A DNA stretch of 43,236 bases, taken from positions 43,808,439 through 43,851,674 of the forward strand of contig NC_057728.1 of NCBI RefSeq assembly GCF_004010195.1, given 5' to 3'. This document shows, one piece after another, positions 35,925 to 43,236 of the stretch. The first letter of the stretch is position 1; every line of letters starts with the position of its first letter. The notes beneath the pieces are model-generated. The model saw only the letters and a list, made by a program, of their open reading frames with translations. It was not told where the DNA came from and did not search any database. Origin of the DNA: Chiloscyllium plagiosum (Eukaryota). A program made the position numbers and the translations under genes.

Positions 35925-36675
35925 TTTGCTCATGGGACATGGATGTTACTGGCTGCCTAGCATTTATTGCCCTTGAGAAGGTGTAGATTAGCTGCTTTCT
36001 TGACCTACTGCTGTCCACGTGCTGTAGATTGACCTAAAATGCTGTTCGGGAGAGAATTCCAGGATTTTGACTCAGAGATGGTGAAGGAACGATGACATAT
36101 TTCCAAGTCAGGATAGTGAGTTGCTTGGAGGGAGACTTGCAGATGTTGGTTTTCCCATGTCTGCACAGTCTTGTCCTCCTAGATGGAAGCAGCCATGAGC
36201 TTGGAAGGTGTTGTCTAAGGATTTTCGGTGAATTTATGCAGTGCATCTTGTAGATAATATACTATAGCGACTGAGCATCGATGTTGGAAGGAATGGATGT
36301 TTGTGGTTGTGGTGCCAATCAAGGAGGCTGCATTGTCCTTCATGGTGTCAAGTTTCTTAAGTGGCATTGCACCCATCCAGGCAAGTGTCTTGTGGATGGT
36401 TTAGGAGGTGAGTTACTTGCCACAGAATTCCTAGCCTCTCACCTGATCTTATAGCTGCAGTGTTTATGTGGTGAGCCCAGTTGAGTTTCTGGTCAATGCT
36501 AAGCCTTAGGATGTTGAAAGTGAGCGATTCAGTGATGGTAACACCATTGAATGCCAAGGGATGGCGGTTAGATTGTCTATTATTGGAGATGTTCATAGCC
36601 AGATATTTTTGTGGCATGTACGCTACTTGCCACTTGTCAGCCCAAGCCTGAATATTGTTGCATTTGAACATGGAC
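35925..36675 (-). mobile_element. Family B CR1-group LINE 3' end
   Basis: ORF 36357..36671 NNIQAWADKWQV...IDQKLNWAHHIN; collinear with 6779-7300. Confidence 0.85.
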
Positions 36676-36971
36676 TTTAGGCTTTATCCTGGATCCATCC
36701 ATGTAGCATCTCAAAAACTGTCCTTACTTTTAAGTCTTTTTGTTGGTGTAGCATAAACAATGTAAGAGGGCACTTTAATGTTTCTTATTTTATTTCAAGT
36801 TTTGATTAATTTCTCAATTATTAAGTGGGAATAGAACTAAAAATAGCCAAATACCGGCTCAGAAATACTGAAGATACATCAATACTGACAACATTGCTCA
36901 CAGCCAAATTTTATTAAGGTTAGAATGATAGCTGAAAGAGTTTCAGAAAGTGCCATGCACCATATGCTGCA

Positions 36972-37561
36972 GGGGCCATAACACACTGCAGCACACCAGA
37001 ACTGCAAAAAGAGGAAGAGGAAGAGGAACACCTATACAAGGTATTCGCAAAAAACGGATATCATCGCAATTTCATCAACAGATGCCTAAGGGAGAGACAA
37101 CAGAACGAGGACATGCCGCAACCCAAAGGACTAGCCACACTACCATACATCAAGAACATCTCTGAAATGACAGCCAGACTACTGCGACCACTAGGACTTA
37201 TAACAGCACACAAACCAACAGCCACTCTCAGACAACAACTCAAGGGCAAGCCAAACAAAGAACAGCCAGGGAATTCCTAGAAGCTTGGCACTCATCCACA
37301 AACTCCATCAACAAACACATAGACCTGGACCCAATATACCGGCCACTACAGCGGACAGCTGAAACTGACAACCGGAAGCGGCAGGGACAGGCCACTTTAA
37401 ATGCCAGAGGAAATACCACAGAAGCGCTTCACAGGAGGCTCCCAAGTACTGAGGATGTCACCTAGACAGGGGACGAAACGTTTGCAACAAAAACTTCCAG
37501 CTCGGCGAACAGAACCACAGCAACGAGCACCCGAGCTACAAATCTTCTCACAAACTTTGAA
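36972..37561 (+). mobile_element. Penelope-like element (same family as 25.4-26.2 kb) with the GIY-YIG core deleted
   Basis: HLYKVFAKNGY...LPYIKNISEMTARLLRP...LRQQL is joined at about 37243 to GQAKQRTAREFLEAWHS; same terminal sequence. Confidence 0.9.
37446..37485 (+). ncRNA. Minimal type I hammerhead ribozyme motif (second copy)
   Basis: GUA-CUGAGGA-UGUCACCUAGACAGGGGAC-GAAAC-GUU^UGC; core and stem II identical to the 26059 copy. Confidence 0.72.
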
Positions 37562-39151
37562 CCATATGTCTCTCTTGTACTTCTTTCTTTACGAGCAGAT
37601 TCACTTTTCTATTGAAGTTTCTCTTTTACCTGTGTGTGACCCACAACCAGGTTAACTAATTAAACCAACTGAATAACATATTTCATGTGGTTTGATATCT
37701 TCCTAATCAATTGTTCAGACATGGTAGCATACACCTATGGTGCAGGTGAGACTTGAAACCATACCTCTTGGCTCAGGGGTAGAAACACTGTCACTTCACC
37801 TTCTGTGCTTTTATTGGTAGTATTAACTAATCAACCTGGTCAGAAATGTTATTTTTCTTAGTTATTAGACACTGCTGGAGTAGATGGGAATGAATCCAGG
37901 TCTTCTGGCAGAAGGAATGATATTAAAATTACACGACAAGAACTCTACGTGTTTCTCGAGGGTAGCCTAAGAGTTCAGTGGAAGCATTTGTTATCACAAG
38001 TCCATATTACAGAGACCAGGGATTCTAGGGTTCACATCATCAGTTGAAATTGGTTCTAACATCCATCGCTTATAGCGGGTAAATTATGTTAACAGCAGCA
38101 TGCCTGCTGTAATTGCTGAGGAGAGTATTTAAAATATTTGTTGTCGCTATTAAGTAATACTGTTCAGTGTCCAATTTAGATTCAGTTCAGTGTTTACTAC
38201 GACCCTGCCATGACTGATTTTATGCAATTATCAATGTAATCATAAATTTTACAAATGAATGGTGGATTCCATTCCACTTTCCTGATACTGCATTATGATT
38301 TAGGGAAAACAGAACAGGTTAATTTGATATGATAACCGAAATTGTAGTTTAGATGTTTTTTAGGTATATATGACTATGTAGACTGCATCATAATTCGATA
38401 GAACTTAAGAGCAGGAGGAGGACAAACAGTTAACCAACCTTGACTGGTCATTCAACAAGATCACAGTTGCTTTGATTATGATCTCAACCCAACTTTCCAT
38501 TCTGCCCCCACAGATCTTGGCTCCCTTGTCTAACAAAAATCCACATTTTGGCATTAAATAAATTCAATGACACCTCCTCCACTAATTTCTGGGGAGGACT
38601 CAAAGGGCTATCAGGTCAAATGTAGCTGCACACTGGATTAATTGGCACTGCCACTTAGAGGTATTATACCCTCTCTGGCCTCGAACAGAAGCCCAACCAA
38701 GTCATGTTATTGTAGCACTATGGAATTGGCAACCACAGTCAGGGCATCGAAGAAGAAACTACCAAATATGAAGAAATAATTAAGGCCTTTGATTCTTCTT
38801 TTAGTTTAGTGGACAATCCCAATATAGACCATGTGAAGTTTAATTGGTGCGGTCAAGAGCCAGGGAACAATATCTCAATTGATATGATCTGTGTGATCTT
38901 GCTGAGAATTGCCAATGTGGTATTTTATATGATAAAATCAGAAGGGACCACATTATAGTGGGGTGATGAATGAGGGTTTATCAGAATTTTTAGAGTCCAA
39001 AGAGGGTCTTATGTTCTCTAAGTTGGTGCAGGTTGTCTGAGAGACTGAACTTCAAAAGCAAAACAGGACTTTTATCCAATCTTTTCATTCTCTCCCACTG
39101 TGATGGACAGAGTATATCAGTATCTGACATATTTCCTGCACTTGCACGCTC

Positions 39152-39475
39152 ACATAGAAACATAGAAAATTGCAATAGGAATAGGCCATTCAGCCCTTTG
39201 CCAGTCAATATGATCATGGCTACCTTACTCCTGTTTTTATTCCAAACACTTCAATCCCTTTAGCTGAAAGAACTATGTCTATTGCCTTCTTCAAAACATT
39301 CAATAATTTGGCCTCAACCCTGTTCTGGGCAGATAATGTCAAAAGCTCACTACACTCCGGGTGGACAAATTTCTTCTCATCTATGTCCAAAAAGACCTAT
39401 CCTGTATCCTTGGTCAGTGACCCTTGGATCTAGACTCCTGGACGTTGGAAATATCCTCCCTGTGTCCTGCCTCCT
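39152..39475 (-). mobile_element. Decayed CR1 3' end
   Basis: CATAGAAACATAGAAAA...TAGGCCATTCAGCCC tail and gacccttggatctagactcc. Confidence 0.75.
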
Positions 39476-39489
39476 CACACCTTTTCTCT

Positions 39490-40530
39490 CTTCCAGAAAA
39501 AATACAGGATTCCACTTGATTTTATTTTCCATCCACCAGCATCCATATTCAAAGGATCATCCTTCATCATTTCCACCATCTCCAGCATTATTGCACCACT
39601 GGAGATGTCTTTCTCACCCCATTCCCCTGTTATATTTCTGAAGGGACCATTCCCTCCATAACATCCATAACATTTAACTGCTCTATCATCCTTATCTCCC
39701 TTGCATGGCACATTTCCATGAAATCACAGCAATTGTACCACTTGTCCTATTACATCCTCCCTCCTCAATATCCAAGACTCCATTTTGTTCAAGTAACTTT
39801 GATTGTATTTACTTCTTTCAATCTAGTCTACTTTATTCGCTGCTTAGGATGTGGTCTCCACATTAGGTAACCAAACATACAATCACCGGGTCACTACTAC
39901 GCAGAACACCTCCACACAGTCTATAAACATGACACCGACTTTCTGGTTACTTAACGTTTTAATACACCATCTTGCTGTGTTCATTTCTAGTCTAGGTCTG
40001 CTTCAGTGCTCCAGTGAAGCCCCCAATAAAAGTGGGTGGAACAGCACCTTATTTTCTATTTATAAACTTTACAACTTTCTAGACTCAGCATTGAATTTAA
40101 CAACTTCAGACTATGAACTCCTTCTTTCAGGTTGTTTCTTCTGCCTGTCCCCTTCCCCACTCCCTCTATTGTCTAGTTTACTTGGCTTCGCTTTCAGCAG
40201 AGCTGTGCCAAGGGAGATGCTATTAGCATCTTCTATTAATAATTACCCTGGATCTATCTCTCTTCTCTATAAACAACATCACTCTCTTAATATTTGTTCT
40301 GTGGAAACTGTAATCTCTAAACTCCCTCTTCTTCAACCTCACATGATATTCCCTTTTGTTTCACTTGCTCCATCCCACCATTTACAATTATTAAAAACCC
40401 ATTACTTTTTGTTCTCTTTGTCTTTGGTTCTTAGAAGTCATAATGGAATTGAAATGCGAACTGCTTCTCTTTCCACACATGCTGCCAAATTTGCTGCATT
40501 TCTTCAGCATTTTCAGTTTTTACTTTATTC
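39490..40530 (+). mobile_element. Highly decayed Penelope-like element
   Basis: NLVYFIRCLGCGLH at about 39820 (GIY-YIG start), pyrimidine-rich 3' region and a gatgctgcc-type tail at 40430-40530. Confidence 0.6.
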
Positions 40531-41859
40531 CAAGAGCACAGAGAGACTTCCTGGGACCAGATAACTGATTCTGACTTGGTTCAATTCAAAAGTCAGGAGG
40601 CTGCCAATATTCGAGTAAGACAAAATGAGAAGAGGGTATGGTACCAGCATTGCTTTGTTTCCATGTTCTGGCAAGAAAACACTCCCTTGGCACAGGCCTG
40701 TCGAAGTATGAATGCTGAGTGATTTGCATGTCACTGGAGGGGACATTTTAAGTGGTTTGCTGAAGCAACAGTAGAAACTTTTCAGCTTCATAAGCAGACT
40801 ATCCCAATTACCAACCATCCAGGAAGTAGATGATACTGAAGATCAAGATGTATTTGTTCTTATAGAAAATAAAAGACCCATAAGAACAGTTAAGTTACAT
40901 ATGTTATCATGATTAATGACATGGTAACTAATTTTAAATTAGACACAGGAGTTGACATAGCTATTCTTTTAGATGCTAAACCATTATTGAAGACTGAATT
41001 TCTACAAATGTCTTCAATTCAACTTCAGAGTGCAGGAAGTATTCCACAATCTTTTACAGAAACTCCATTGAGTGAAGTTGTGCCAAAACTAAATTTCTTC
41101 ATGACCAACATGGCCCTCAGAATAAATAGCTAATGATACTCTGTAAGATACGATTTGCGAATTTTCAAGCATGTCTGCAGATCAGAGCACTATGGAAGAG
41201 TTACCCATAATCTTAAACCTGGTGTATTTGTCCAAGAGATTCTAATTTCTTCAAATCTTCAAGGTAACTTAATTATTAATGATGGTGAGACCCTACTTTC
41301 TGCTGGAGCTCCCAAGATATCATTGTCTACACAGGGCAGTTTCAAGCTGAAGAGACTACTGAAATAGTAACACTGTTGCAAGAAAGATAAATTCATATCA
41401 TTTCAGTTATAGGGAAATAATCATTTCATCATCTTCAGAATTGTCCTCAGAATGTTTTTAATGTCTTTCTTAATTTACCAGATTTGCTCCTGGATGAGAT
41501 GTTGTATAAATCCTTCATTGTCACAACACTGGAGAATGATGCAGTTGTGAAGTTCTTCATAGGAGCTGAATATGCTGCATTTTTCAAGCCAGTGTTTTAA
41601 CCTCTTTTCAATGCATAATGGAGAAGAAGGAAAAGCAGAAGAAGAAATGGCAATTTCAGTTATTTTACTTCTCCTTTATGGCATTTTAATGGTCAGGCCC
41701 TGAAGACTAGCCTCTTGTATTAGGCTTTTTTTGAACAGTCTTCACTGCTTTTGCTTTAAAGAAATCATCAGTGTCTCAATCCAGGAATCAGCTATTGTGA
41801 GAAACTGACATCTCACTCTGCTGATGTGTTTTTCTTATAAAGATGAAAATAATGTCTCC

Positions 41860-41961
41860 CTTGACTAACTCCCTGTCGATGGAGCAGTGGTCTGAAATCT
41901 TTTACTTGCAAACAAACTTGTTGGACTATAACCTGGTGTCTTGTGATTTTTAACTTTGTCC
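41860..41961 (+). repeat. Decayed copy of the Neptune-type terminal repeat
   Basis: ggagcagtggtctgaaa...ttggactataacctggtgtcttgtgatttttaactt aligns with 32835-32910. Confidence 0.65.
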
Positions 41962-42319
41962 TCAAAATAAGCCAAGAACAATGTTGGAGAGTTATGTCTT
42001 CAGTGAAATAGACTTTGATGGGAGGGTGGGAAGTAGGAGTAGGATGGAAATGTAAACAGTGTCTGGGTTGATTGAATTTAGGGAGAGGTGTAGCATGTGT
42101 GATCAATAACTAAGTGCTAATGGATAGACTGCACATTAGTGTTATTAGACTACATCAGATCACCTATATGTCTGATCACCATAGGTGTCCAACCCTCATC
42201 TGTTTGAGACTCAGAATCTGCTTATTAGATTTATGCAAAAAATAGGTTATAAACTGAGAGACTGGTGTAATCAGGCTGCCAATGAACAAAGGTGTTGTAT
42301 CATTGATGTAATCTGAAAT

Positions 42320-42658
42320 GAGTGGGAGCAGCGGCCGAGTAAAGGCGAACCCGGGAGACTACAGCTAAGGTAAAACAGTTTGTTTCAAAATTACTTACCT
42401 GTAGCGGGCAGCGGTGTTTTTTATTCTCTCTTCACAAAAAGAGCGGGAGCAGCAGAGGAAGTGACGGCAAGCAGAGGGGCAGCCGGGAAGGAGAACTGTG
42501 AGTATAAATACTCACCCTTTAATCACCAACGGTCATTTGAGTGGGAGCAGCGGAAGTGAGGTTGGAGCGCATAGCTGGGCGGGAAGGTAAGTGATTAGTA
42601 TTTGAGTGACTCAGTGTTATTGACTCAGTGCTCTTGTTTTTGGAGAAAGTGTACAGTC
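42320..42658 (+). promoter_or_regulatory. Putative CR1 internal promoter / 5'UTR with three monomers
   Basis: GAG(T/C)GGGAGCAGC at 42320, 42441 and 42539; GGAAGTG (ETS-like) in two monomers; TGACTCA (AP-1) at 42607 and 42621; TATAAA at 42503. Confidence 0.6.
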
Positions 42659-43236
42659 ATGGCAGCGCAGGCAGTGGAATGTTCCTCCTGCAGGATGTTT
42701 GAGGGAGGGGTGACCACCGATACTCCTGCCGACTTCGTCTGCAGGAAATGCAGTCAGATCCTGATCCTCACCGAACGAGTTAGGGAACTGGAACTGGAGT
42801 TGGATGAACTGAGGATTATTCGAGAGGCTGAGAGGGTGATTGATAGAAGCTACAGGGACATAGTAACGCCGGAGAACAGAGGTAGCTGGGTAACAGTTAG
42901 AGGTGGGAAGGGGAAGAAGCAGGCAGTGCAGGGTTCCCCTGTGGTCGTCCCCCTAAAAAATAAATATACAGCTTGGGAAACTGTTGGGGGGGACAGCGTT
43001 GCAGGTGTAAGCTGCAGTGAAGGGGTCTGTGCCCCTGAGACCCAGAAGGGAAAGGGGGAGAGGAGGAGAGCGCTAGTTATAGGGGACTCTCTAGTTAGAG
43101 GGACGGACAGGCGGTTCTGTGGACATGGGCGAGACTCACGGATGGTTTGTTGCCTCCCGGGTGCTAGGGTCCGAGACGTCCCAGACCGTGTCTTCAGAAT
43201 CCTTAAGGGGGAGGGCGTGCAGCCAGAAGTCGTGGT
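42659..43236 (+). CDS. CR1 ORF1 protein, partial: C4 zinc finger, leucine zipper, SGNH esterase
   Basis: Hand translation is open to the window end: MAAQAVECSSC...FVCRKC...LTERVRELELELDELR...ALVIGDSLVRG...VCCLPGARV. Confidence 0.92.
   Translation, partial: MAAQAVECSSCRMFEGGVTTDTPADFVCRKCSQILILTERVRELELELDELRIIREAERVIDRSYRDIVTPENRGSWVTVRGGKGKKQAVQGSPVVVPLKNKYTAWETVGGDSVAGVSCSEGVCAPETQKGKGERRRALVIGDSLVRGTDRRFCGHGRDSRMVCCLPGARVRDVPDRVFRILKGEGVQPEVV

Larger units (their letters stand above)
38600..41050 (+). mobile_element. Ancient Gypsy relic (gag and protease) split by later insertions
   Basis: gag-like KYEEIIKAFDSSF at about 38765, decayed CCHC (AE*FACHWRGHF) at about 40715 and aspartic protease motif FKLDTGVDIAIL at about 40933. 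Linking these into one element is inference. Confidence 0.6.
42320..43236 (+). mobile_element. CR1 LINE 5' end (5'UTR plus ORF1), young, running off the window end
   Basis: CpG-rich modular 5'UTR followed by an intact ORF1. Confidence 0.92.

Noticed and set aside
39851..40564. 237-aa ORF, the longest unexplained ORF
   Set aside because: Leu/Ser/Phe-rich read-through of a pyrimidine-rich decayed Penelope-like 3' region; no domain motif.
41560..41770. Possible integrase remnant of the second Gypsy relic
   Set aside because: Only a vague SP..FNGQA resemblance; too decayed to support.

Overview
Eukaryotic, repeat-dense genomic DNA, most likely from an elasmobranch (inferred from HE1-type V-SINEs and HER1/CR1-type LINE tails). 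The ORF track misses the one host gene I can support: four GT-AG exons on the minus strand (35352-35462, 33355-33454, 23630-23750, 18880-18943) that splice in phase into 132 aa of an ankyrin-repeat protein I cannot name. Most other recognisable sequence is transposable element: many CR1-group LINE pieces (including two young copies with SGNH-esterase ORF1 at the window ends), five HE1 SINEs, a decayed two-LTR Gypsy carrying five nested insertions, a second Gypsy relic, a Harbinger relic, a pogo/Tigger-like MITE, and Penelope-like (GIY-YIG) elements with hammerhead ribozyme motifs. Best leads: (1) a U_UUA_AAC slippery heptamer directly before the CR1 ORF1 stop, with ORF2 open in the -1 frame; (2) minimal hammerheads whose intact cores are all antisense to the host gene; (3) a modular CR1 5'UTR with splice donors on both strands; (4) a pristine poly(A)-only insertion with a 15-bp TSD. 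All analysis is by eye; boundaries of decayed repeats are approximate.
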